Assembly (NCBI GenBank): GCA_965644295.1
Contig: CBFFRP010000053.1
Span: forward strand, 25,826 to 89,825
Direction: 5' to 3'
From: Paraphysomonas bandaiensis
Lineage: Eukaryota; Protista; Chrysophyceae
DNA: 64,000 nt
Both the position numbers and the translations under genes were made by a program. This document shows, in pieces, positions 40,541 to 52,135 of this stretch (its first letter is position 1; every line of letters starts with the position of its first letter). The notes beneath the pieces were generated by a model. The model saw nothing but the letters and a program-made list of their open reading frames with translations, searched no databases and was not told the DNA's origin.

Positions 40541-41030
40541 ATACATACATACATACATACATACATACATACATACATACATACATACATACATACATAC
40601 ATACATACATACATACATACATACATACATACATACATACATACATACATACATACATACATACATACATACATACATACATACATACATACATACATAC
40701 ATACATACATACATACATACATACATACATACATACATACATACATACATACATACATACATACATACATACATACATACATACATACATACATACATAC
40801 ATACATACATACATACATACATACATACATACATACATACATACATACATACATACATACATACATACATACATACATACATACATACATACATACATAC
40901 ATACATACATACATACATACATACATACATACATACATACATACATACATACATACATACATACATACATACATACATACATACATACATACATACATAC
41001 ATACATACATACATACATACATACATACAT
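40541..41030. repeat. Apparently uninterrupted (TACA)n microsatellite, ~490 bp
   Basis: Directly visible between two divergent genes. Confidence 0.98.
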
Positions 41031-41126
41031 GTTCATACAGATGGAGGCATAGTCTACATGTTCTTCTATATTTCCATATGAAGTGGAAGTGTTGTATGGT
41101 ATATATACAGGTGTGTGGGTGTTGAG

Positions 41127-41876
41127 ATGGTCGTTGTATGGTATTCATGTCTCATCATATTATTCACTATATCATCATCTGAGTGCTTTACTCCTCAATT
41201 AACTTTCAGAAAGGCCTTTTCATCATACCATTCACCGCATGTTCCTTCCTCCCTATCTGCTAAGCCCACAACCATTCAATCTCATATAGGATTGCACCCT
41301 ATAGGCCGTAACATACTCCTAAAGACAGCATCTTCCTCTAGCACTTCTACTAGTGGTATACTTATACCTGATACCATCCTAAACAAGCCTGGTCGTGGAG
41401 AGGTTGTGGCAATTGGTCCTGGTATCAGATATACAAAGGGTGGGGAACCAGTGAAGTTATTAGTGGGAGATACAGTATTGTATGAGCAATCTGCAGGAAG
41501 ACAATTCACTCATGAAGGAATGGAGTACATTGTTGTAAGTGACGAGGATGTAAAGGTCAGATTTACTCGTGAGATGAACCCTTCTACCATAGAGTGTCTA
41601 CATGACCAAGTGTTAGTGAAGGTATCAAGCTCAGAAGATCGTGGAGGTCAAAAGGGGAGTGGAATAATACATGTGTCATCTGGTGATGGACCTTTTACCG
41701 AAGGGATCGTCACTAAAGTTGGACCTGGTGAAAAGCTTGCTTCTGGAGAGTACGAAGGATGTGGTGTGAAACCTGGCGATAGAGTGAAATTTGTACCAAA
41801 GCGTGGAAATGTTATAAAGATGGAAGGAGGCTCCTATATTCTCATCCATTCCAATGATATATTCGTAAAGTTATGA
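41127..41876 (+). CDS. CPN20: Plastid-targeted 20-kDa co-chaperonin (tandem GroES domains)
   Basis: Two GroES units (PIGRNILLK..TSGILIPD..GEVVAIGPG and LHDQVLVK..GIVTKVGPG..VKPGDRV). N-terminal signal peptide MVVVWYSCLIILFTISSSEC-F followed by a Ser-rich transit peptide. Confidence 0.88.
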   Translation: MVVVWYSCLIILFTISSSECFTPQLTFRKAFSSYHSPHVPSSLSAKPTTIQSHIGLHPIGRNILLKTASSSSTSTSGILIPDTILNKPGRGEVVAIGPGIRYTKGGEPVKLLVGDTVLYEQSAGRQFTHEGMEYIVVSDEDVKVRFTREMNPSTIECLHDQVLVKVSSSEDRGGQKGSGIIHVSSGDGPFTEGIVTKVGPGEKLASGEYEGCGVKPGDRVKFVPKRGNVIKMEGGSYILIHSNDIFVKL

Positions 41877-42145
41877 TTCGTATATTTAAGTATTTTGAAT
41901 ACATTTTTTAATACGACCTCGTCTTCTTAAGTCTCTATTTATTAGTAAAGATGCTAACATATCTCTTTCTCTTATTCGTTTGGTTTAGATATAATATGTT
42001 TTAAGTAGCTAGAGTAAGTGGAAATTACTCAACAGGTATGTGCTCCTTCTCATTTCATAAATTTGGCGTACTGAATACAGAATACACATATATATTGAAG
42101 TTTGAACTAGGTATATGCTGTATCGTCTTAGATGTGCTAAGTACC

Positions 42146-42500
42146 AGGCTTGCGTAACAATTAATTGGTGAAAGATATCAAGGTGTTATTGGCGTACAAA
42201 ATCAGTTACAACAGTATTAGCTCTGTTAAACAGCCTCTCACAAACGTTGATTGTGCTGTACTAAGCAATGCTTCATGCAACGATATGGTGTTGGTAGTTT
42301 AGTGCGTGCTTTCTTGAGCTTTGATAATCTGCGAATGGTCTCAACTTTATCATCATTCTTCATCAAGAGCGTTGCACCATAGATTTTCAGCGAGATTCAG
42401 TTATTTTTCCCTACTGTACTGAATCTTGACTTCTGCTTTCTTGTGTTCTGCATTTTGAGCAATGACCGCATCTGCACCGAGGTGGAATTTCATCGCGGTT
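42146..42500 (-). mobile_element. hAT transposon remnant (one TIR plus decayed transposase C-terminus)
   Basis: caggcttgcgtaacaattaattggtga matches the TIR at 46860. 42180-42490 is homologous to 48810-49160. Confidence 0.65.
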
Positions 42501-42901
42501 TAAATTAAATTTCTGCTAAATTAAATTATCAAATTGTATCCATACATCAACCAGATCGCGCGTTTATTCTCCATCTCATAACCACCTAGAGGACAACTAA
42601 CAGTTAATGCAGCGACTGTAACCCTTATCAGAGCTTTGATAGCCACGATCTTATACAGTCAATATATTTTAGCTCAGCAATACAACTTCGTAGAGCATTA
42701 TCAACTTATATATACTGTTAGTTATTACCATATTCTTCAAGTAGCGGCTTCATAATTACCAGGTTTTGGTAAATTCACCAGGTTTTACGCATTACAACAG
42801 GTTTTGGTATTTCCCCGACTTCAAGATTAAGAATGTGAATACTACATCAAGCCGTTAGTGTATTGCATTATAGTAATTGTGTAATAGTACTTGAGTAGTT
42901 G

Positions 42902-42950
42902 CAGGGATAGGGAACAATATATTGTACTGCAATACAATGTAGAATATATT
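42902..42950. mobile_element. Orphan TIR of the 28281..29391 hAT family
   Basis: Sequence cagggatagggaacaatatattgtactgcaatacaatgt. Confidence 0.65.
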
Positions 42951-43365
42951 ATTATTAGTTTACGCAACAACAGGGTTAGTAGTACAGAAAGTGCACCAAA
43001 TACATAACTGATATTCGTTCTGCCGAACTGACTGTGATAATGAAAAGACTTCAGATAGTAGCTGAGTATTGAGTATTACACAAAATCAGATAATTGAATA
43101 AGTATTAGGGCTGCGTATCAATTTATTGCAATAATTGAAATTGGGACAGCAAGTAATTATTGACTATAACCTGCGTCAAACAATTGACAATGAACGCTTA
43201 GTAATATTGTACCGCTACTTGACTGGTACAAGACACACTGTTAAGTTATAAATAGCTATAATAAATAGCTGGCATATTATATTTTACACTACTTCAAAAG
43301 TAAAAACTGTAAAAATGTATAACTAGAGACCACGCTACAAAACATATATAAAGCATTTTTTACAG

Positions 43366-45165
43366 TCATGATGTAAGTGGAAAGAGGTCACGTAGTTTGT
43401 ACAAGCACGCAGTTGGCATATGTGATGAAAACATAGATCCAGAGAGTTGAAGCTCCGAAAATGTAAGCTGGTCGGCAAGGTAAGCCACGCTGTTTTGATC
43501 TTCCGATACCACTTCGAGTGAATGGCAACCAGTTGCACGCTCATTGCACTCTTCCCAACCTCTCTTGTCAATAATATGTACAATACGCCCAGGAGGATAC
43601 AACTTTGTGTGATTCATGACATCAGTGCGAAGAGTAGTCATGACGTGCCCAAGATCTCTGAGTAACTGTCGCTCGTGCTCCTTCTCTTTCTCCACCTCAT
43701 CCCGTTCCCCTTCCTTCCCCAGGACAGTATACTGAGAATACTCAAACATTTCCACCCCCGCCAGCTCTTCAGATCGCTCCAGAGAAGTGTATTGATAGCG
43801 CACAACTTCAGAATCTGAAGTAGATCCGGTTATATGCGCTGATAATCTCTCCTTGTTTTCATCGTATGCACTCACTTCTCCATTTTCTGGGTCCACCGAC
43901 GACTGGAACAAATGCAGACACGCATCTCTGAGGTCATGTGCAGAACTAACACTCAGTCGAGAAACGATGTCATCTCCCACAACAACAGAGGTCACAACGC
44001 GGCTGATATCGCGGGCGGCGTCTAGTGTGAATACACATGGAGGAGCAAGAGCTACACATCGCATCCCCACGTTATGGAAAACATTTTGCCACAATGCAGC
44101 CAGCACTGACGCTACACCAGCCCCTAAGGAATGGCCACAAAGTAAAAGTGAATATCCTGCATTTAATCTGAGAGCCTCCTCCACATCCTCTCGCAAAAGA
44201 GAGTCCAGTGCACGAGCAGCTAGCAGGAAACCCTCATGACAACTTGCCTCCTGTACCCCTGGAAAAAAACTTTTACAGTCGACTAATTTGCAAGTGAGGT
44301 CTGTGATAAGATCGTTGAGGTGAAAGGACCCGCGAACAGCCAACACGATTGTTTGCATATGGTGGTCCGCCAATAGTAAGAATCCCGCTGTAAATGGTGC
44401 AATATCTTGACCACGTCGGATTACATCCTCTCCCCGCACACCAGGCACAAGATGTGGTAATGTGTCACTTTGATAGAGACCACGGGGAATGAACTCCAAG
44501 AAATTCATTGCCATATTGCCATAAGCAGCTGCCGCAAAACCCATACACCTGACGAAATCTGCCGGGAGTGCGTTATCTTCGGTAACACTAAAGTGGGACG
44601 CCACCGCTCTTCTCCGATTAGCCTGCTGCAACAATGCGAAAGCCACCACTGCTTCTCTCAGCTGAGAAGGGGTCAAGCTTTTCACAGGAGCAACGAAAGT
44701 CAGTATTGTTTCTGCTATAGCTTGTATGACAGGGGTATAGTCCGCGAATCTACACGGAACAGCAGTGCGAATTTGTTGCCATATAAACCCTTCCCTTCTG
44801 GGAGCACCGGTTAGTTCTAGTGTAGCATCAGCTGCAGTAAGACTTAATGCAGCAGCAGAATGTGCCATTAATATTGATGTTAGAGCTACAGCTTCAGCTG
44901 CACCAACAGTAGTATGAACACTACGTAGAACATTACTTAACTCATTGCATCCCAACACATTGTCGACTATATCAGCTGGAGTCGTTAAACAACTACGAGC
45001 AATCCTAAAGCCAAACTCAGTACATGTTGATGCTGCATTAAAACCTAAATTAGATCCTGTTTGTCCTAATCCAATTAAATCTCTTATAAAACCAATTCTA
45101 GGAATAAGTTCCGTGAATATGGAGTTGTTATCATGTGAGATAACCGTCTCATCTGTAGATGTCAT
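43366..45165 (-). CDS. Class 3 lipase (diacylglycerol-lipase-like)
   Basis: Motifs IVLAVRGS..DLITD, HEGFL, LLCGHSLGAGVA, DDIVSRLS, LYPPGRI and MFSSHMP; single 599-aa ORF. Confidence 0.9.
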   Translation of the reverse strand: MTSTDETVISHDNNSIFTELIPRIGFIRDLIGLGQTGSNLGFNAASTCTEFGFRIARSCLTTPADIVDNVLGCNELSNVLRSVHTTVGAAEAVALTSILMAHSAAALSLTAADATLELTGAPRREGFIWQQIRTAVPCRFADYTPVIQAIAETILTFVAPVKSLTPSQLREAVVAFALLQQANRRRAVASHFSVTEDNALPADFVRCMGFAAAAYGNMAMNFLEFIPRGLYQSDTLPHLVPGVRGEDVIRRGQDIAPFTAGFLLLADHHMQTIVLAVRGSFHLNDLITDLTCKLVDCKSFFPGVQEASCHEGFLLAARALDSLLREDVEEALRLNAGYSLLLCGHSLGAGVASVLAALWQNVFHNVGMRCVALAPPCVFTLDAARDISRVVTSVVVGDDIVSRLSVSSAHDLRDACLHLFQSSVDPENGEVSAYDENKERLSAHITGSTSDSEVVRYQYTSLERSEELAGVEMFEYSQYTVLGKEGERDEVEKEKEHERQLLRDLGHVMTTLRTDVMNHTKLYPPGRIVHIIDKRGWEECNERATGCHSLEVVSEDQNSVAYLADQLTFSELQLSGSMFSSHMPTACLYKLRDLFPLTS

Positions 45166-45798
45166 TGATAGGATCTGATTAGTTATGATATCATATGTAG
45201 ATGTATGTTATGTTGAGTAGGATAGAGTGGTATGAGTATATGAGACAGTGCAGTGTGTACTGTGAAATATGACTGACTTCTAGCTATAGTGAAAATTCTA
45301 GAGGAATATGTATGTATATAAGTACAACTGTAACATATGCATATACCTATATGCATATAGAGATGTCTACGTCCATATGTCCATAGTACTGCAGGAATCA
45401 TATGATGGGGGTGTACAAGAGTACGTTGGGTGAATTCCATAAAGTCGTGTAAAATACGAATATGTACCAGAGATCCGAGAGAGAAGGTATAAAAGTACAT
45501 ATTGATACTCTAGCAGTACGATAGTGAAGTGTATTGCAGTACCAAATCAGAATATTCCAAAAAAAAAATATTGGAATATTGCACACTACACAACATCCTT
45601 TTGATAAAAACAAAACTGAATATATGGACTTGTCTCTTGTAGATACTTCACTACCAACCCCATATATATTCGAACCAAAACAGCAAGTAAGGATAGTGCA
45701 TACATATCATCATGCACCATATCCCTATACAATCCATTCTCATTCTATTCATATAATATTATCAATTGTAAGCATTACATTTCTATTATATTCATACT

Positions 45799-46456
45799 AT
45801 GTCTACTCTTACTGCACCTGTTAAGTGGGCTCAGAGAAAGGATTCACTCTATATCACTATCTCATTAGCTGATGTGAAAGATCATACTATTAATGTCACT
45901 GAGAATAAACTAACCTTTAGTGGAACAAGTAATGGACAAAAATATTCTGTTGAATTAGTCCTTTATAAGGAAGTTGATACGGAAGGAAGCATTATGAATG
46001 TTCTTCCAATGAACGTACAGATGAAACTGATGAAGAAGGAGAAAGATGAAGAATTTTGGCCAAGACTTCTACAAGATAAACATCTTGAGAAGACTAATGT
46101 TAAAATTGATTGGGATCGATATGTCGATGAAGATGAAGAGGAGGAGGGATTCGATACGAGCAACCTTGATGGCGGTATGGGCATGGGAGGAATGGGCGGC
46201 ATGGGTGGTATGGGAGGAATGGGCGGTATGGGAGGAATGGGTGGAATGGGAGGCATGGAAAATATGGAGGTATTACCCTTGTAGTCATAGTGTAATATAT
46301 CGGCTAACTTTAATGTAGGAAATGCTCAAGAAAATGGGAGGTATGGGCGGTATGGGAGGTATGCCTGATATGGGAAGCATGGGAGATGATGGTGAGGGAG
46401 ATAGCGATGACGGCGATGACGACGACATGCCCGATCTCGAGCCCACTGGAAATTAG
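45799..46456 (+). CDS. Hsp90 co-chaperone p23 (Sba1/PTGES3-like); join(45799..46269,46319..46456)
   Basis: Motifs PVKWAQR, FWPRLL and KIDWDRYVDEDEE, GGM repeats and an acidic DDMPDLE tail; GT-AG intron at 46270-46318. Confidence 0.93.
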
Positions 46457-47043
46457 ACTGTTTTGATTACTGCATTTCGAAATCTATAGTATCATTATTA
46501 GGTCATCGTGTGTGCATGATATGGTGGTGGGTGACGTTTTGCTTGATGCATACAGTTTTTGGTCATGCTATTAGTTACGTCGTAATTTATGATGAAGTGC
46601 CACTGCACTATGGATTCCGATGTATTGATTTCTTATACTATACTGACAATAATGTACATAGTACGAACGTACTGTTACTCGTCATCGCTTGCACAACTTA
46701 AGGCAATACAGAATACAGTGTTATCAAATTTAGACAATGTGAGAAACGGTAGTGTATGATAATCAGTAGTGCTCTTTTGTGAAAGTGAGGTATAGTGGCG
46801 ATTTTAGATTTTCAAGTATATAGTATATCACTCTCTGACTGCTTTGGGAAGGCTTACCACAGGCTTGGGTAACAATTAATTGGTGACAGGTGTCCAACAA
46901 CTAACAATAATAATTGCAATTATTAATCAAGCATCCAATATTGGCAATGCATTGATTCTATTGATAAGTTTTAGAATAACTGTATGAACTATAATCTCAT
47001 CCCAAAGAAACATTAACATTTTCACGCAGAAAACTCAATATTT

Positions 47044-48795
47044 TATTCTCTGCCCTACGATGGCAAATACAGTCCAACATAAAGTCTCACCCTATTAACC
47101 AGCACCAAGCCCAATGTCTCTATTGAGACCGTGGCTGAGTCACATCAGTGTGCCCAGGGCCATTTACACTCCCTTACTGCTGCATTTTGTTGACCACCAC
47201 GCTTCCGACAAATTACCTGTCACACCATGTTGTACACGCTCCAAGCCCCCCTGCCTGGCCTTGCAACCTTCACCCTACTCAACTACTTCAGTTAAACAAC
47301 GTGCCTGCACCAATGCAGCGCTGACCGCATGCATATGCTATCACCTAAGGAGACACCTTCGTCTCCTACACGGTTCTCTACGGATACAACCACTTACAGC
47401 ATGGCTCGTGCGAGCAGATCCACGCAAACGGCCCCCATGTACCTTCTCTGCAACCCCTGTCTCCTCTCGACACCTCTCCACTGCACAACAGGGCCGTCTC
47501 CTGACGACAACCCAGCCCAACCCAACATGGTTTGTCTGTGGTCCATCCACCCAGCAGCCTACCCCCTCACCCTGTTCACCTATCACCCCCACAGCCCATC
47601 CATCTCATTGGATAGACACTGTATTCCGCATACGGTATACTCGACTACTGTACTACTGTGTCCTACAGGATGTATACCATTCCGTGTATACCTCTACTGC
47701 TGTTGGACACATCACCATGTCCATGTACCTGTATACCTGTACTGTTGGACACATCACCATGTCCATGTACCTGTATACCTGTACTGTTGGACACATCACC
47801 ATGTCCATGTACCTGTATACCGGTACTGTTGGACACATCACCAGCTCTCTCTCACTGTCCAACACACTCATAACACCACTGCAGTGTCATACACACACAC
47901 AGTACACTCTACCTCCTCCTAGAAAACCCCCAGACAAACTATCGCCTCTCCCTTCGTCTCTGATACCTTGCCGTCATCTTCCTTCCACACACTCTCTATG
48001 CCTCAGCCTGTACCCCCCTGCACCAACACAGACACTAACAAGGGCAGCCGAGGACGTCCGAGTGTCTCCTCCAGACCATCATCATCATCACGATCATCTC
48101 GTGCATAGGTCTATCAGAGTACTCGACCTCAGTGACTCTTGTTCTGTTGCGCAGTCTCACTCTCCTCAATCAGATGTTGCCTCTCTTGCACCATCACACT
48201 CCCTCTCGACTCCCTGTAGCTGGACACACCGGATGACCCTCACATCCCACCCCTGTACAGCTATACACCCTCTTGCATGTGTTCTCTACCGCTGGCTAAG
48301 ACAGCAAAAGAGCCGATTTCGACGCTTCTTCACAGTAGGCCATAACCTTTTGCAAGACCTTCATCCACATACCTCCGAGCCACTTGGAACAATGCCTAAA
48401 GGAAGGCCACCAGATCGCCAATCTCAGAAGGGCATATTACTGTTTCCCCTAACTGCCATAAGGCTAATAAGTCAGTCCCCGTGAGGTACAAAAGGCTATC
48501 TATCATATAGCGAGTGGAGTCTCATCCCAAGAGGAGACCTCCAGATCACACGCGCCGGTGAGTCCCAGGACACACGATCATGGCGAGCCTCATAACACAC
48601 ACTAAGAACGGAAGTGGTTGCACCTTGGTGCTTGCGGCGACGCACAAGCAGCTTCTGTAGCGTTAAATAGTAGGATAAAAGAGTTTGTATTGATTAGTTA
48701 CGGGTAGTAGTCTAACTAGTATGACTAGCATTCTTCTAGCCACTAATTGGTGCAGGCTTTCAACGCCTATTGCTAAATAATCAGACATTCAATAT
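47044..48795 (+). mobile_element. 5'-truncated LINE inserted in the hAT transposase remnant
   Basis: 13-bp TSD aaactcaatattt (47031-47043 and 48796-48808). ORF end VESHPKRRPPDHTRR*, followed by the shared 3' tail at 48600-48795. Confidence 0.82.
47701..47843 (+). repeat. 42-bp minisatellite, ~3.4 copies
   Basis: Unit tgttggacacatcaccatgtccatgtacctgtatacctgtac. Confidence 0.92.
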
Positions 48796-50003
48796 AAACT
48801 CAATATTTCAAGGTGTTTGGGTGTCATTCTCTTGCAAGAATCTAGTCATAACAATCTTAGCTCTGTTTAACAACCTCTCACAAACATTGGTAGTGCTATA
48901 CGAATACTACATGCAACGATATCGTGTTGGAAGTTTGATGCGTGCTTTTTGGCGTTTTCGGTTGTCTTCCTCCTCATCATCTTTCTCTTCATCAAGTTCA
49001 CCTTCGTGTGCAGAGGTACATCATTTATCAAAAAGAGTCGCGCCTGTGCTTTTTCAGCGCGATTCAGTTCTTCTTTCTTACCGCGCTGGAGTTTGCTACT
49101 GCTCTCTCGAAATCTGCATTTTGAACAATTTCCGCGTCTGCACCCACCAAGTGAAATTTCATCCCAGGGCTCTGACGAATTGATTCATCAAGTTTGTTCA
49201 TTCAATGCCATCCTGTTGAAGAAATAAGAATGATAAGTATGGCTACCCAATGCTTCTAGTCCATTATTGTTGTACACACACACACACTACGGATCCTCTG
49301 TATTAAGGTATTCTTGCACACACACATACTTCTATTCCTCTGATAGTGGTACCTAACGGATACACTTATAACGTCATATACACTACTATACTTGAATATT
49401 TCGAAGCAGTTGAATATGCTATCACATTATTGCTATGTATCACATTTAACAATCGTTACGGAGGTACTCAGTTTGTTCTTTGCCAACGATCTTTGACATG
49501 ATATATTACTCTTGCATGCTGAGGTTAAAGTGTACACTAACCCTAATTACGACTAATAAATGATAACGTGACTGTGCACATACATCCATACTACTACTAC
49601 TAAATGGGTGTGTACCTGATCAGTAGCTAGTATCGTAATATGCTATATATAATTTACTCAACCTATTAATTGATAATTTAATTATTATTGGCAATTATTG
49701 CCGATATATTGAAAACCTATTAATTGTTACACAAGCCTGTTACCACGATTGATAACTATCTAGTCAAACACCATAATATTCAACTCGACGATGTCAGTGA
49801 GGCATTCTATGCTATTATCTATGTATATTACGTCTATACTAGGGATGGGAACACGAAATTTTTGATAAATACTGGTTTACAAGGAGGTAGCACATAGCAC
49901 ATAGCACATAGACATACTTTTTATTATACTCATCTATTACGCAAGACTATTATCTATTATTATATAACGGCACCATAAAGTTGACTAAATAGGAACTCAG
50001 CGA

Positions 50004-51553
50004 CTATTCTACTCTGGCTTTCTTTTTATATCTTCCCGCTGTATTAATGTCTCCTACTCCACTCCGCTTCGACATATACTTCTCCTTGACTCTTTCGTCC
50101 TGTCTTAGAGGCTGTCGGAAATCTGTAGTGTCCTGATCCACTAAATGTGTGTATTTAGTGCGCCCACGGAGACCAAACTTCTTGACCTGGAGCACCGCCG
50201 GTAAGGCCTCCCTATTATATTTATCTTCCAAAGTTGGCTCATTGTACTCCCGCAATCTGGCATCAACCTTTTTCTTATCATCGTCACCTTCTCCTCCGTC
50301 AACTTTTGTTCCGACCTCCACTGAAGACTCATCCATGTAGAAAACACCTTTGTGGTAATACTTCTGCATAAACTTCCACTTTTTCTTTTCCTTCTCTTTG
50401 AATTTCCCGAGGCGTCTATCTTCTTCCATGCGTTCTTCGTCGGTCATATTCCGACGCCGTTCTATATCCTGCGCCTCTAATATCATACGCTCCCGAGTTT
50501 CGGCTTCTCTCTTCATGCGACGGATTTCTCGCACCTTCCAGTTCTCGAATTCTGCGTCATCTTCAAGATCATCTGTGTCATCTGGTAGACCTGCATCTGA
50601 GTCTGCATCTGTATTATCCAGCGTCTCTTTTTCCTCCTGACGACGTAATGACTCCGCGACGAGTACACGAGTCTGGTGCTTCCGCGATTCCAGTTTCAGA
50701 AGCTCACTTTGTCTGGCGAGTTCTTTGGCAGCCTCCTCCTCTTCCCTTGCCTTGATAGTGTCCCTCCTGCCTTTCGGAACAAACAGTGGCTTCAGCATTG
50801 CTCCTCGTCCACCATCTTCTTCATCACTTTCCTCTTCTGCGCTATCTGTCTCATATTCCGAACTGCTCTCATCATCTGGGCCACCGTCTCTGGAGACCAC
50901 ACCGTCACCATCTGTAGCAGCAGCAGACTCTAACTCCATACGACGTTGCGCCAATTTATCCTTTACCCTCTGTCTTCGGGCCGCGATTTCCTCCTCGTCT
51001 TCCTCACGCTCCCTTTCTGCTTGCATAACCTCCAGTTGGTGTAGAAGTTTCGAATCGCCTTCAAGTACCTCTCCATCTCTCACACCAGCCTCCTCCTCAC
51101 TACCAGAGTCTTCATCATCGTCAAGCACCTGAGCTTCATGTATGCGACGACGTGATCTCGCTGAACCCTTAGGCTTTGACTGTGATATCCGCGCCAGTCT
51201 CCTGTCTAGCTCTGCAGGTTCTCCTTGGGTTCCTCCATCTATACTTATCGTTACCTCCTCTTCTTCATCTTTCACCCATGCTGGAGTTTGACCCGGAAAA
51301 TATCGTCTATATACACACACGTAACAACACTACACATATATATAACTATACACATCTATATATACATATATAACTACACACATTACAACACATACACAGG
51401 GAAGATATACCTTGTACGTTTCGATATATCTAATTTAGGTGCAGGTGCCTCATATGTCTCTGTCTGAGTCTCATCTGTGGGTTTAAAGGCAGTTGTTTCA
51501 CCAACTTGATCGGGTAATAGAAGAGCTAAATCTCTAGCTCCAAAGGATGACAT
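50004..51553 (-). CDS. MFAP1: Microfibrillar-associated protein 1 (spliceosomal B-complex factor); complement(join(50004..51306,51411..51553))
   Basis: Motifs RRYFPGQTPAW, LKPLFVPK, WKVREIRRMKR, KFMQKYYHKGVFY and LPAVLQVKKFGLRGRTKYTHLVDQDTT. A phase-2 GT-AG intron joins the first exon. Confidence 0.93.
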
Positions 51554-52135
51554 TTATTGTTATATTAATTACAAGTGGAATATATATATGGCATCTGTAA
51601 TGTACATGTATATATATGTGGGGTGCCATGCATGCAGCATTGTACATATAGCTATATATGTATACGTACAGCAGTGTATAGTATGACACACTGTAAACTG
51701 CTGTATACGCTTGTATAGGCTGTGCTCATCTAAAGCATAAAATCATCGATATCTCAGATAAACTTATTAAAAAATATAGGATTTTCTATATATATCAGAA
51801 GGTTCTGCTGATATTCATGACTATACGGTATACACGTACATATGTATATAAAAGGTGGTCTTGTATACTGCTGTATATGTACTCTGCACAACTCACAAGC
51901 ATGGTATGGTACGATATAAGCAGTCCATATACCGTGTATACCTATACCGACTGCTGTGCACACAGTACAGTACACAGAAAGAATTTGGTACAGGACTACA
52001 GCTGTATATACCGTATACCGCCACTGCTGTGTTAAGCCAATGAGGCTGGTCAGGCTGCAGGTATCTGCAGGGGTATGTAGACGGCACAGATCTAGAGAGG
52101 AATCTTCTCTCATCTCAATGAAAGAATGTATCTTT

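Larger units (their letters stand above)
46860..49739 (-). mobile_element. Decayed hAT element with a nested LINE
   Basis: TIRs CAGGCTTG(G/T)GTAACAATTAAT at both ends, with ttacca duplicated in the flanks. Remnant GADAEIVQNADFERAV..TTNVCERLLNRAKIVMT..RMTPKHLEIL|SFLREN is split by the LINE. Confidence 0.8.

Noticed and set aside
47114-48484. 456-aa ORF as a host gene
   Set aside because: It lies inside a TSD-flanked LINE remnant, and the C-rich, stop-poor sequence has no recognisable domain.
48655-48680. CGTTAAATAG in the shared tail resembles the pistol ribozyme linker
   Set aside because: I could not find a convincing P1, pseudoknot, GCG and GU cleavage site arrangement. The bases pair better with the downstream AACGC.
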